Shown: piece after piece, positions 26,202 through 35,836 of the stretch
Position numbering within the stretch: position 1 is the stretch's first letter
Layout of the letters: the number at the start of each line of letters is the position of its first letter
Notes under the pieces: generated by a model
Database searches by the model: none
Told to the model about the DNA's origin: nothing
What the model saw: only the letters and a program-made list of their open reading frames with translations
Assembly (NCBI GenBank): GCA_039798785.1
Contig: JBDKFG010000032.1
Span: forward strand, 1-49,788
DNA length: 49,788 nucleotides
Reading direction: 5' to 3'
From: Verrucomicrobiota bacterium
GTDB lineage: Bacteria; Verrucomicrobiota; Lentisphaeria; Lentisphaerales; Lentisphaeraceae
Program-made: the position numbers and the translations under genes

Positions 26202-28361
26202 ATGAGCCGCACCGCCGCCCGTCAAGCCGCCGTCAAAGCCGCTGCCACCTACCGCAGCCCCGCCAAGCCCCTCAACTTCAAGTCCGAGCCCGCCACCGAG
26301 CTCTTCGGCTGCAACGTCTTCTCCGACGCCGTGATGAAGGCCCGCCTGCCCAAGACCGTCTACCGCCAGATCCGCAAGGTCATCGAAGAAGGCGCCAAGC
26401 TCGACGCCGCCTGCGCCGACATCGTCGCTTCCGCCATGAAGGACTGGGCGATCGAGAAGGGTGCCACCCACTATTCGCACGTCTTCTACCCCCTCACCGG
26501 CGCCACCGCCGAGAAGCACGACTCCTTCATCGTCCCCGAAGGCAGCTCCTGCATCACCGAGTTCTCCGGCAAGTTCCTCATCCAGGGCGAACCCGACGGC
26601 TCCTCCTTCCCCTCCGGCGGCCTGCGCGTCACCTTCGAAGCCCGCGGCTACACCATCTGGGACGTCACCTCGCCCGCCTACATCCTCGAGAACCCCAACG
26701 GCACCACCCTCTGCATCCCCACCTGCTTCGTCTCGTGGAAGGGTGAAGCCCTCGACAAGAAGACACCGGTCCTCCGCTCGATGAACGCCGTCGACGCCCA
26801 GGCCCGCCGCGTCCTCAAGCTCCTCGACCCCTCCAAGACCCCCTCGCGCGTCAGCGCCAACGCCGGTCCCGAGCAGGAATTCTTCCTCGTCGACTCCAAC
26901 CTCGTCGCCGAGCGCCCCGACCTGCAGTTCTGCGAGCGCGCCCTCCTCGGCAAGTTCTCCGCCAAGGGCCAGCAGTTCGAAGACCACTACTTCGGCGCCA
27001 TCCCCGAGCGCGTCCTCGCCTACATGCTCGAAGTCGAGCGTGAGCTCTACAAGCTCGGCATCCCGATGAAGACCCGCCACAACGAAGTGGCCCCCGCCCA
27101 GTTCGAATTCGCCCCCATCTTCGAGACCGCCAACGTCGCCACCGACCACCAGCAGATGACCATGGTCGTGATGAAGCGCCTCGCCGCCAAGTACGGCATG
27201 ACCGCCATCTTCCACGAGAAGCCCTTTGCCGGCGTCAACGGCTCCGGTAAGCACGTCAACTGGTCGATCGGCAACGCCTCGCACGGCAACCTGATGGACC
27301 CCGGCGCCACCCCGCACGAGAACGAGCAGTTCCTCGTCTTCTGCGCCGCCATCGTCCGCGCCGTCCACGTCCACGGCGGCCTGATGCGCGCCGCCATCGC
27401 CTCGGCCTCCAACGACCACCGCCTCGGCGCCAACGAAGCCCCCCCGGCCATCATGTCGGTCTACCTCGGCGACCAGCTCTTCGACGTCTTCGAGCAGCTC
27501 AAGAAGGGCGCCGCCAAGTCCTCGAAAGTCGGCGGCACCATGGAAGTCGGCGTTCCCCAGCTCCCCGCTCTGCAGAAAGACCCCGGCGACCGCAACCGCA
27601 CCTCGCCCTTCGCCTTCTGCGGCAACCGCTTCGAGTTCCGCGCCGTCGGCTCCGGCCAGACCATCGCCGGCCCCCTCGTCGTCCTCAACACCATCATGGC
27701 TGACTCTCTCAGCTGGATCGCCGACCAGCTCGAAGCCGGCCGCAAGGTCGCCGACATCCTCACCGAAGTCGCCAACAAGCACGGCGCCGTCATCTTCAAC
27801 GGCAACGGCTACTCCAAGGAATGGCACGAAGAAGCTGTCCGCCGCGGCCTGAAGAAGCTCGACACCACCCCCGACGCCCTGCCCGAGATCGTCTCGCCCG
27901 CCTCGATCGCCATGTTCGCCAAGTTCGGCGTCCTCAACGAGACCGAGACCCGTTCGCGCTACAACATCTACTGCGAGCAGTACAACCTCCGCGTCAAGCT
28001 CGAAGCCAAGATCGTCAGCGAGATGGTCAGCACCCGCGTCATCCCCGCCGTCATCCGCTACCAGACCGAGCTGGCCCAGAACGCCGCCGCCCTCAAGGCC
28101 GCCGGTGTCGAAGGCTCCACCTGCTGCCTGAAGAAAGTCACCGAGCAGCTCACCACTCTCGGCATGGCCAACAAGGCCCTCAGCGAGAAGCTCGCCGCCA
28201 TCCCCCACGATGACGACCCGATCGTCGAAGCCCGCTACTTCAAGGACGTCGTCCTGCCCCAGATGCTCGAAGTCCGCAAGGCCTCCGACGCTCTCGAAGG
28301 CGTGGTCGCCGACGACCTCTGGCCCCTGCCCACCTACGCCGAAATGCTCTTCATCCGCTAA
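26202..28361 (+). CDS. glnA: Glutamine synthetase type III
   Basis: [83 protein letters not shown] and [11 protein letters not shown]. Confidence 0.96.
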   Translation: MSRTAARQAAVKAAATYRSPAKPLNFKSEPATELFGCNVFSDAVMKARLPKTVYRQIRKVIEEGAKLDAACADIVASAMKDWAIEKGATHYSHVFYPLTGATAEKHDSFIVPEGSSCITEFSGKFLIQGEPDGSSFPSGGLRVTFEARGYTIWDVTSPAYILENPNGTTLCIPTCFVSWKGEALDKKTPVLRSMNAVDAQARRVLKLLDPSKTPSRVSANAGPEQEFFLVDSNLVAERPDLQFCERALLGKFSAKGQQFEDHYFGAIPERVLAYMLEVERELYKLGIPMKTRHNEVAPAQFEFAPIFETANVATDHQQMTMVVMKRLAAKYGMTAIFHEKPFAGVNGSGKHVNWSIGNASHGNLMDPGATPHENEQFLVFCAAIVRAVHVHGGLMRAAIASASNDHRLGANEAPPAIMSVYLGDQLFDVFEQLKKGAAKSSKVGGTMEVGVPQLPALQKDPGDRNRTSPFAFCGNRFEFRAVGSGQTIAGPLVVLNTIMADSLSWIADQLEAGRKVADILTEVANKHGAVIFNGNGYSKEWHEEAVRRGLKKLDTTPDALPEIVSPASIAMFAKFGVLNETETRSRYNIYCEQYNLRVKLEAKIVSEMVSTRVIPAVIRYQTELAQNAAALKAAGVEGSTCCLKKVTEQLTTLGMANKALSEKLAAIPHDDDPIVEARYFKDVVLPQMLEVRKASDALEGVVADDLWPLPTYAEMLFIR

Positions 28362-28393
28362 TCCCGGTTCGAGCTTCGGCCGCAGGGCCAAGG

Positions 28394-28429
28394 AAAAACT
28401 CCCGTCTCGCAAGAGGCGGGAGTTTTTTT
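28394..28429 (+). terminator. Rho-independent terminator of GSIII
   Basis: aaaaaCTCCCGTCTC-gcaa-GAGGCGGGAGttttttt. Confidence 0.9.
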
Positions 28430-28455
28430 CGGGGCTTCCGGGATTTTTGTGGGTT

Positions 28456-28664
28456 AACCAAAACCGCTGCTGAGCAACAGAACCGGGTTGAAAGGTTGAA
28501 GCGCAAGGCATTGAATAACAAAAGTCAGCGACTATTTGAAGCGGACAGGAGAGCTTTCCCATTAGAGGTCATTCCGATGGATCATCGAATAAGCTAAGCT
28601 ATTGCTGTTGCAGCTAATCCTTCCAACCTTTCAACCATCCAACCTTTCAACTGCGGTTTTTAGG
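28456..28664. mobile_element. MITE-like element, copy 1
   Basis: Ends aaccaaaaccgctg...ctgcggtttttagg with internal (GGTTGAAA)/(TTTCAACC) octamer arrays. Arms are homologous to copy 2. Confidence 0.6.
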
Positions 28665-28668
28665 ACCT

Positions 28669-28873
28669 CGCCTCGCGTAGCGAGAGCAGGGCCTGCGCAG
28701 GTGACGGCGGGATCCTGCGCTCGCTACGCGAGGCGAAAACCAGCAATGGCATCCAGCCCAGGGCCTTGCCCTGGGCTAAGCCAGCTTCGACCGCGATGCG
28801 GTGGGCACAAGTGCGGCCTGAGTTATCTGGGTATTCAACCACTCGGCCGCACCGAGTGAGGGGATTCACCCAC
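28669..28873. repeat. Cluster of REP-like hairpins
   Basis: 16-bp perfect IR CGCCTCGCGTAGCGAG (28669-28684 / 28720-28735); AGCCCAGGGC-ctt-GCCCTGGGCT (28755-28777); GTGCGGCC...GGCCGCAC (28811-28852). Confidence 0.6.
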
Positions 28874-28996
28874 AAATTTCTCGGAAGAATCAAAAAATAC
28901 CATATACAGGAATCAAGTGTCATAAATCTCGGGTGGTGAGAAACTTTTCATCCGGCCGACATTCTTAATCGGGCGCAGCTAAACAAAGGCGCCCCC

Positions 28997-29245
28997 ATGA
29001 CTCCCCTCCTCAAGAAGCAAGGTCAGATTTCCATCCGCACTCTTGAACGCAGCAACGAGAACCACCATCTTTGGAACAACAACGGCATTTGGAATCTCAA
29101 CTACACGATGCATCCGACTCCGACGACGAAGCAGCGCATCCGAGTGTCATTGGGCACTTCCTCGATCGAGGAAGCCAGAGCCATCCGCGACCGTTTTTTC
29201 CGGGAAGCTGGCGCCGGCATATCGCGGCTGATCCGGGATCGTTGA
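28997..29245 (+). CDS. Small hypothetical protein resembling integrase arm-type DNA-binding domains
   Basis: NENHHLWNNNGIWNLNYTMHPTPTTKQRIRVSLGTSSIEEARAIRD; three-strand plus helix pattern with R-x-SLGT-x-x-x-x-EA. Confidence 0.7.
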   Translation: MTPLLKKQGQISIRTLERSNENHHLWNNNGIWNLNYTMHPTPTTKQRIRVSLGTSSIEEARAIRDRFFREAGAGISRLIRDR

Positions 29246-29466
29246 ACCTAAAAACCGCAGCAGAGGAACTGGACCGGGTTGAAAAGTTGAAAGGTTGAAC
29301 GCAAGCCCATGAGCGACAACAAGACGCCAGCTCAAGGCGAAAGAAACCTTCATCCAGTGCTAAGCCAATTCATGGCCAGAGAGCTTTTCTGAAATCCGTC
29401 ATAATGCCTTCTTGTTGCAGCTCTACCTTTCAACCTTTCAACCTTTCAACTGCGGTTTTTAGGGTT
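29245..29466. mobile_element. MITE-like element, copy 2
   Basis: Terminal inverted repeats aaCCTAAAAACCGCAG ... CTGCGGTTTTTAGGgtt with internal GGTTGAAA / CCTTTCAA tandem octamers. Confidence 0.7.
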
Positions 29467-29662
29467 GAATTTGCAAAATGATGACGCGCACAAATCCGAC
29501 TGCCTTTGGAGCCGGGCGCATGAACGATTGCGTTTCTGCGCTTGGAAATGGCGGTGCGAAGAAGTCATCTGAAGCGGGGCTGGGCATTGAGCGACTTGGC
29601 GGCGAAGAGTCCGCAGCCCCCGGCTCCCAAGGCCAAATTACTGGGCGAAAGCCGTAGCAAGT

Positions 29663-29700
29663 AAAAACTTGCGCTACTCTCTCAAGTGGCGCAAGTTTTT
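29663..29700 (-). terminator. Bidirectional terminator downstream of tRNA-Pro
   Basis: aaaaaCTTGCGCTAC-tctctcaa-GTGGCGCAAGttttt. Confidence 0.75.
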
Positions 29701-29718
29701 GATTTTCAGGGAGATTGA

Positions 29719-29795
29719 TGGTCGGAATAGAGAGATTCGAACTCTCGGCCTTCTGCTCCCGAAGCAGACGCGCTACCAGGCTGCGCTATATTCCG
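29719..29795 (-). tRNA. tRNA-Pro(CGG)
   Basis: Reverse complement CGGAATATAGCGCAGCCTGGTAGCGCGTCTGCTTCGGGAGCAGAAGGCCGAGAGTTCGAATCTCTCTATTCCGACCA; 77 nt, anticodon CGG, encoded CCA. Confidence 0.97.
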
Positions 29796-29955
29796 AACGG
29801 GCAAAGAAAATACCGGAGCCAACGAAAAGATCAAGCCGGAAATCTGGAGTTTTCCAAAGAATTTCAGTCCCGCCCAGCTGAGGAAAACCGGCTTAACTGA
29901 GGATATTGACGGATAACGCCTTGCCAAAAATCAAAAACGCCCGAGTTTTGTGCTC

Positions 29956-30393
29956 ATGCAATCCGATTCACCATCACGCTTGACGCCCTTGCGCCTCCTC
30001 CTGGCCGCACTGGTCTTCGTCGCGTCGATGTCTTGGACCAGCTGCACTCATGAAGACGGCTACCAGCATCTCAGCTGGCTGGGCACCTCGGAAGTGCACG
30101 CCGACAAGGACAGCTGCTGCTGCTGCGAACCATCTCATGAAAGCCAGAGCCATTCCCACGAGACCGAAGACGCCTGCCCTCCGGGCTGCGAAGACGAATT
30201 GATCGCTGCGGAAGAGTATGCTCCCGGCCATCACTCCATCAACCTCGGCCATGTGCACTTTCTCCCTGCCGCCGCCGCCTTCATCCTTCCCGAGGCCTTC
30301 ATCTGCCTCGACGAAAAACGCTGCCATCTCGGTTGCGCCGATCCGCCACCTGCTCATCTGGAATTCCTCCTCAGCCTTCAGCAATTGATCTGA
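29956..30393 (+). CDS. Small exported Cys/His-rich protein heading the metal-efflux operon
   Basis: Hydrophobic N-terminus, SCCCC, HESQSHSHE, CPPGC and C-terminal ADPPP, as in CzcI/DUF2946-like leader genes. Confidence 0.6.
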   Translation: MQSDSPSRLTPLRLLLAALVFVASMSWTSCTHEDGYQHLSWLGTSEVHADKDSCCCCEPSHESQSHSHETEDACPPGCEDELIAAEEYAPGHHSINLGHVHFLPAAAAFILPEAFICLDEKRCHLGCADPPPAHLEFLLSLQQLI

Positions 30394-30456
30394 ATCGGGC
30401 TCTTGAGCCAAGTCCTCCGGACTTTGGCCTCGCCCCGATTTTTAATCATTGCAGGA

Positions 30457-31824
30457 ATGCCCACCATGATCCGCCAGACCCTTCTCGTCGCCTTGATCCT
30501 CGCCGGCTGTAAACCCGCCCAGACTTCTGCTCCGGAAAGCGGGCCTGCCGAGAAAAAAGCCGCCGCCTTGCCGCCCGGCACCGTCGAGCTCAGCCCCGCC
30601 GCCCTGAAAACCCTCGGCATCGAGTTCGCCAGCGTCGAACGCCGCGTCCTCCAGCATGTCGTCGCCTTGCCCGGCCGCTTCGATCCCGCCCCGGGCGGAA
30701 GGGTCGAGATCCGCGCTCCCGCGTCCGGCTATCTCCGCTGGCTGGTAAAGCCCTTCTCCCAGGTGAAAAGCGGCGAGAGCATCGCCCTTTTGCGGTCGCC
30801 GCAGCTCACCGCGCTGCTCACTGAGGAAGGCGATATCCGGGCTCAAAGCCTCCAGGCCGAGGCCAAGGTGAAGCTCACTGCGGCCCAGCTCACCGAGGCC
30901 CAGGCCCTGCAGGAGCTGCGGCAGAAGCGTCTCGAGCAGCTCCGCCGCCTCGGCGCCGAGCGGGCCGAGATCGAAATCCAGATCGCCGAGGGCAAGCTCG
31001 CGCTGCCCCGACTCAAGACCGAGGCCGAAGGCGCCCGGACCGAGGCGCAAGCCCTGGCCCAGAAGCTCCAGGCGGTCGAAAACGAAGTCCTCAGCCTCGC
31101 CGGACGCCGCGACCGGATCCAGGCCGACGGCGTCCTCCTGATGGCCGCGCCCAACTCCGGCCTGCTCAGCGGCGCCGATGCCGCCGGCGCCGCCGCCGCC
31201 AGCTGCGCCTGCCCCGATTGCGCCGGCGACGGCGTCGGCCTCTTCGTCACCGAAGGTCAGAGCCTCGCCTTCGTCAATAACGAACGCAAGCTGCAACTGC
31301 GGGTCAGCGCCCGTCCCGACCAGATCAGCGGCCTCGACTTGGAATCGCCGGGGGAGATCCGCTGCCACGACGGCCATTCCTTCGCCGGCAAGCTCCGCCT
31401 CGATCCCGCCGCCGACCCGCTCACCGGTGCACGCAGCCTGGTCTGCCTGCCCGATACCGCCCTGCCCGCCCACCTCATCCCCGGCAGCCCCGCCAACCTG
31501 GTGGTCAAGGGCTTGGCCCCGTCCGAAGAAGTCCTCGCGATCCCCGACAGCGCCCTGGTGCGCGACGGCAACGAGCTGGTCTTCTTCCGCCGCGATCCCG
31601 CCAACCCCGCCCGCATCCGCCGCGTCGTCGCCGATCCCGGCAAGAGCGCCGCCGGTTTCGTCGAAATCAAGTCCGGCATCCGCCCCGGAGATGCCATCGT
31701 CACCAAGGGAGCCTACGCGGTGAACCTCTCCGCCGCCGCCAACAAGAACCAGGCGCCGCCCGGCTTCCACTACCACGCCGACGGCTCGCTCCACTCCGAC
31801 GAAGCGGAAAAGGGGGGGCATTGA
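30457..31824 (+). CDS. RND efflux periplasmic adaptor subunit (CzcB/CusB-like lipoprotein)
   Basis: LILAGC lipobox, IRAPASG, coiled-coil hairpin, LAIPDSALVRDG, VEIKSGIRPGDAIVTKGA and C-terminal HYHADGSLH. Confidence 0.9.
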   Translation: MPTMIRQTLLVALILAGCKPAQTSAPESGPAEKKAAALPPGTVELSPAALKTLGIEFASVERRVLQHVVALPGRFDPAPGGRVEIRAPASGYLRWLVKPFSQVKSGESIALLRSPQLTALLTEEGDIRAQSLQAEAKVKLTAAQLTEAQALQELRQKRLEQLRRLGAERAEIEIQIAEGKLALPRLKTEAEGARTEAQALAQKLQAVENEVLSLAGRRDRIQADGVLLMAAPNSGLLSGADAAGAAAASCACPDCAGDGVGLFVTEGQSLAFVNNERKLQLRVSARPDQISGLDLESPGEIRCHDGHSFAGKLRLDPAADPLTGARSLVCLPDTALPAHLIPGSPANLVVKGLAPSEEVLAIPDSALVRDGNELVFFRRDPANPARIRRVVADPGKSAAGFVEIKSGIRPGDAIVTKGAYAVNLSAAANKNQAPPGFHYHADGSLHSDEAEKGGH

Positions 31825-31825
31825 A

Positions 31826-34800
31826 ATGCTGCAAGCCATCATTGCCTTCTCGATCCGGCGCGCCCCGATCGTCATCGCTCTCGCCCTGCTGCTGCTCGGC
31901 CTGTCGCTGATCCGCCTGCCGGATCACAAGGTCGATGTCTTCCCGGATCTCAACGCGCCGCAGGTGATCATCCTCACCGAGGCCGGCGGTATGAACGCCG
32001 TCGCGGTGGAGCAGCGCATTTCGCGCCCGATTGAGGCGGCCTGCTCGGCCCTGCCCGGGGTCCGCCGCGTCCGCTCTTCCTCAAGCCTATCGCTGTCGCT
32101 GGTCTACATCGAATTCGACTGGGGGCAGGACATCTACCGGGCCCGCCAGGTGGTTTCCGAGGCCTTGGCGACGGCTCGCGCCGAATTGCCGCCGGAAGCC
32201 CATGTCGAGCTGGCGCCGATCGCCGGCTTGATCGGCGAGATCCAGATGTTGGCGCTGCTGCCCGCCGACGCCAAGGCCAATCCTGACCCTCGAACGATGC
32301 GCGGCTTCGCCGAATTCGAACTCCGCCGCCAGCTTCTCGCCGTCCCCGGCGTTGCTCAAGTGGTCGCCATCGGCGGCGAGCTGCCGGAATACCAAGTGCT
32401 GCCGCGCCTCGCCGACATGCGCCGTCTCGGGGTCAATCTCGACGACCTGGCCGCCGCCGCCGCCTTGGCGCAGTCGAACGCTCCCGCCGGCTATCTGCCG
32501 GAAGTCCGCAGCGAAGAGCTGTCGATCACCCAGCACGCCCAGGTGCGCTCCCCCGCCGACATCGCCGCTTCGGTGATCCGTTGGGACAAGGGCCTGCCGA
32601 TCCGGGTCGGCGACGTCGCGGATGTCCAATTGGGCGCCGCTCCCAGCCGCGGCGCCGCCGCCATCGGCTCGCAGGCAGCGGTGATCCTGGCGGTGAAGAA
32701 ATCGCCCGGCACCAACACCCTCGCGGTCACCGCAAATCTCGAAAAGGCCCTGGAGCAGGTCAAGGCTTCGCTGCCCGCCGGCACCCGCCTCGAAAGCGGT
32801 CTTTTCCGCCAGGCCGACTTCATCAAGGCCTCGCTCGACAACGTCCGCCATGTGTTGCGCGACGCGGTCATCCTGGTGGTCGCCATCCTCGTCCTCTTCC
32901 TCCTCGACCTGCGCACCACCCTGATCACCCTCACCGCCCTGCCCCTGTCGATCGCCTTCACCCTGCTGGTGATGGATTTCCTCGGCCTGTCGATCAACGT
33001 CATGACCCTCGGCGGCATCGCCATCGCGGTCGGCGCCCTGGTCGACGACGCGATCATCGACGTCGAGAACATCCATCGACGGCTGGGGGAGAATGCGAGT
33101 CTGCCGGAGGCGGAGCGCAAGCATCCCTGGAAGGTGGTCTTCGACGCCTCCAACGAGGTGCGCTCGTCGGTCTTCTTCGCCACCTTGATCATCTGTCTCG
33201 TCTTCGTGCCGCTTCTCTTCCTCTCCGGTCTGGAAGGGCGCTTCTTCGTGCCGATGGGCCTGACCTACATCGTCGCCACCTTCGCCTCGCTGGTGGTCGC
33301 GGTCACCGTCGTCCCGGCCCTCGCCCGCCTGTGGATGACCCGCCCCGGCAAGGGCCACGGCGAAGGCGAGAAGAAGACCTTCCTGGTCCGCTGGCTGCTG
33401 GCGCTCTACGGCCCGAGCCTCGACTGGGCCTTGCGCTGGCGCAAGAGCGTCATCGGAGCCTCCTTGCTGGCGATGGTCGCCGCCGTCCTCCTCGCCCGGA
33501 GCTTCGGCGCCAACTTCCTGCCGGCCTTCAACGAGGGCACCTTGATGGTCTTCGCCTTTGCGCCTCCCGGCACCTCTCTTCCCGAATCTCAGCGACTGGT
33601 TCGCGGGCTCGGTGAGAGCCTCGCCCAGATCGAAGGAGTCAAGACTTGCGTCCGCCGCACCGGCAGATCCGAACGCGATGTCCACGCCCACGGCATCGAT
33701 ACCTCGGAGTTCATCCTTGCCCTTAAGCCCGGCACCGATCCGCGCAAGATCAAGCACGAGATCGACAAGGTCCTGGCCGACGCGCCGGGCCTGCGCACCA
33801 ACATCGGCGCGCCGATCGGCCACCAGCTCTCGGAAATCCTCTCCGGCGCCCGCGCCGACATCGCGGTGAATTTTTACGGCGAGGACCTGACGGCCTTGCG
33901 CGCTGCGGTGAGCGAGGCGGAAACCGCGATCAAGGCGGTGCCCGGCAGCCGCGATGTCCTCGGCGAACGCGAGCTGCTGCTGCGCTCGATCCGGATCGAC
34001 TACCAGGCCGATGCCATCGCCAGCCGCCTCGGCATCCCGCGCGGCCACGTCGCCGAACAGGTGCAGGCGGCCTTTGCCGGACGCAATCTCGCCGAGGTCA
34101 CCGAGGGCCCGCGCACCTATCAGATGACCCTGCGTCTGCCGGAAGTGGAGCGCCGCGACATCGAGGCCTTGCGGTCCCTGCCGCTGCACGGCGCCGAGGT
34201 CGAGCCGGGCCGCCGTCTCGAGGCCCGTCTCGACGAGGTGGCGGAAGTTCAGCTCGACGCGGTGCCGATGGCGATCCAGCGCCAGGGTGGTCGTCGCAAG
34301 GCGGTAGTCTCGGTGAACGTCGCCGACGGCGCCAACCTCGAGCACCTGGTCGCGGCGGTGCGCCAGGTGGTCGAGCCGATCGCGGCCAAGCACAAGTTGA
34401 GCGTCGAGCTCGGCGGCCAGTTCGAGGCGCAGCAGTCGGCCCGCCGCACCCTGCTGGTCCTCGGCGCGATCACCACCCTCGGCGTCCTGCTGCTCCTCGC
34501 CACGGCGCTTGATTCGCTGCCGGTCGCTTTGATCGTCATGGTCAACCTGCCGCTCGCCCTGATCGGCGGGGTCCTGGCGGTCTTCTGCGTCCAGGGGCAA
34601 GGCCTCTGGGGCAACCTGACGGGGCTCCTTGGCCAAGCGGTGTACGAGGCGCCAATCCTGTCGATCTCCTCGATGGTCGGCTTCGTCTCCCTCTTCGGCA
34701 TCGCGGTGCGCAACGGCATCCTCCTCGCCAACCACTACGCCACCCTGAATTCCGAGGGGCGCCCCTTCGAGGAAGTGGTGCGCCGCGGCTCCGCCGAACG

Positions 34801-35053
34801 CCTGGTGCCGATCCTGATGACCGCGATCACCGCCATCCTCGGCCTCATCCCCCTGGCGCTGCGCCTCGGCCAGCCCGGCGCCGAACTGCTCGCCCCCCTC
34901 GCCGTCGTCGTCATCGGCGGCCTGATCTCCTCGACCCTGCTCAACTGCTACGTCGTCCCCGCCGCCTACCACCTCCTGTATTCGCGCCGCCCGCAAAATG
35001 CGCCGGCGCGGAAGAACGGGAAAGATCCTCTGGCGCTTGAGCAAAAAGCATGA
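31826..35053 (+). CDS. czcA: Heavy-metal RND efflux permease, CusA/CzcA family
   Basis: VDVFPDL, INVMTLGGIAIAVGALVDDAIIDVENI, EGRFFVPMG, FLPAFNEG, GFVSLFGIAVRNGIL and ERLVPILMTA. Confidence 0.93.
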   Translation: MLQAIIAFSIRRAPIVIALALLLLGLSLIRLPDHKVDVFPDLNAPQVIILTEAGGMNAVAVEQRISRPIEAACSALPGVRRVRSSSSLSLSLVYIEFDWGQDIYRARQVVSEALATARAELPPEAHVELAPIAGLIGEIQMLALLPADAKANPDPRTMRGFAEFELRRQLLAVPGVAQVVAIGGELPEYQVLPRLADMRRLGVNLDDLAAAAALAQSNAPAGYLPEVRSEELSITQHAQVRSPADIAASVIRWDKGLPIRVGDVADVQLGAAPSRGAAAIGSQAAVILAVKKSPGTNTLAVTANLEKALEQVKASLPAGTRLESGLFRQADFIKASLDNVRHVLRDAVILVVAILVLFLLDLRTTLITLTALPLSIAFTLLVMDFLGLSINVMTLGGIAIAVGALVDDAIIDVENIHRRLGENASLPEAERKHPWKVVFDASNEVRSSVFFATLIICLVFVPLLFLSGLEGRFFVPMGLTYIVATFASLVVAVTVVPALARLWMTRPGKGHGEGEKKTFLVRWLLALYGPSLDWALRWRKSVIGASLLAMVAAVLLARSFGANFLPAFNEGTLMVFAFAPPGTSLPESQRLVRGLGESLAQIEGVKTCVRRTGRSERDVHAHGIDTSEFILALKPGTDPRKIKHEIDKVLADAPGLRTNIGAPIGHQLSEILSGARADIAVNFYGEDLTALRAAVSEAETAIKAVPGSRDVLGERELLLRSIRIDYQADAIASRLGIPRGHVAEQVQAAFAGRNLAEVTEGPRTYQMTLRLPEVERRDIEALRSLPLHGAEVEPGRRLEARLDEVAEVQLDAVPMAIQRQGGRRKAVVSVNVADGANLEHLVAAVRQVVEPIAAKHKLSVELGGQFEAQQSARRTLLVLGAITTLGVLLLLATALDSLPVALIVMVNLPLALIGGVLAVFCVQGQGLWGNLTGLLGQAVYEAPILSISSMVGFVSLFGIAVRNGILLANHYATLNSEGRPFEEVVRRGSAERLVPILMTAITAILGLIPLALRLGQPGAELLAPLAVVVIGGLISSTLLNCYVVPAAYHLLYSRRPQNAPARKNGKDPLALEQKA

Positions 35054-35082
35054 TCGGACCGATCGGTCGGATTGGACCGATC
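35052..35082. repeat. GATC-based 9-mer tandem array, left of the His-rich gene
   Basis: gatcggacc gatcggtcg gattggacc gatc. Confidence 0.7.
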
Positions 35083-35145
35083 TGCCAACGAAATTTCCAC
35101 CCGCAGAAACCAAAAACCATCCCCCAACAAAACCAAGGACACTCC

Positions 35146-35763
35146 ATGAAATTCCTCATCCTCCCCGCCGCCCTCGCCCTGATCTTCTGCTCCTGCAAGG
35201 ATGAAGCCAAGCCGCAAGCCGCAGCCGCTGCCGAGCACCATGACGGCGACGGCCACGACCACGGCAAGGAAGGTAAAACTCCCGCCGCTGCCGAACACCA
35301 TGACGGCGACGGTCATGACCATGGCGGCCATGACGAAGGCGTCAGCCTCGGCACTGTCGACATCGGCGGCGTCAAGGTCGAAGTCGAAGGTCCGGAGAAG
35401 ATGCCGGCGAGCGGCTCTTTCCACGCCCATGTGAGCGTTGCGGCCGGCGCACCTGCCGGGGTCCTGCGGATCTGGCATGGCGATGAAAAAGCCTCGCGTT
35501 CGGTGAAGACTGCTGGAACTCTCGCGGCGGGCGAGCAGCATCTCGACGTCGAGATCGCCAGCCCGGCTCAGGCCGGCGACGCCCTCTGGATCGAAGTTCA
35601 GCTTGAGGGCCAGCCGGCGCAGCGCGCCGCACTCGGCGGCAAGGCGGCCGCCCCCGCCGCAGTGAACGCTCCCGCCACCGCTGCGCCTGCCGCAAAACCG
35701 GCCGCCTCGGATTGCAGCGACCCCAATTGCAGCGACTGCAAAACCAAGGCGGCAGCGAAGTAA
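35146..35763 (+). CDS. His-rich putative metal-binding lipoprotein
   Basis: MKFLILPAALALIFCSC lipobox, duplicated AAAEHHDGDGHDHG and C-terminal CSDPNCSDC. Confidence 0.8.
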   Translation: MKFLILPAALALIFCSCKDEAKPQAAAAAEHHDGDGHDHGKEGKTPAAAEHHDGDGHDHGGHDEGVSLGTVDIGGVKVEVEGPEKMPASGSFHAHVSVAAGAPAGVLRIWHGDEKASRSVKTAGTLAAGEQHLDVEIASPAQAGDALWIEVQLEGQPAQRAALGGKAAAPAAVNAPATAAPAAKPAASDCSDPNCSDCKTKAAAK

Positions 35764-35774
35764 GCTCCGAATAA

Positions 35775-35805
35775 GATCGGTCCGATCCGTCGGATCGGAC
35801 TGATC
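35775..35805. repeat. GATC-based 9-mer tandem array, right of the His-rich gene
   Basis: gatcggtcc gatccgtcg gatcggact gatc. Confidence 0.7.
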
Positions 35806-35836
35806 TTGAGTGCTCAATTTCTAACGAGAAATTCCC

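Noticed and set aside
28456..29466. Possible CRISPR array
   Set aside because: There are only two long units with 8-bp internal tandem repeats, no regular repeat-spacer periodicity and no cas genes.
29719..29745. tRNA-Pro as an integration site for an island
   Set aside because: I saw no duplicated tRNA 3' end and no integrase in the window.
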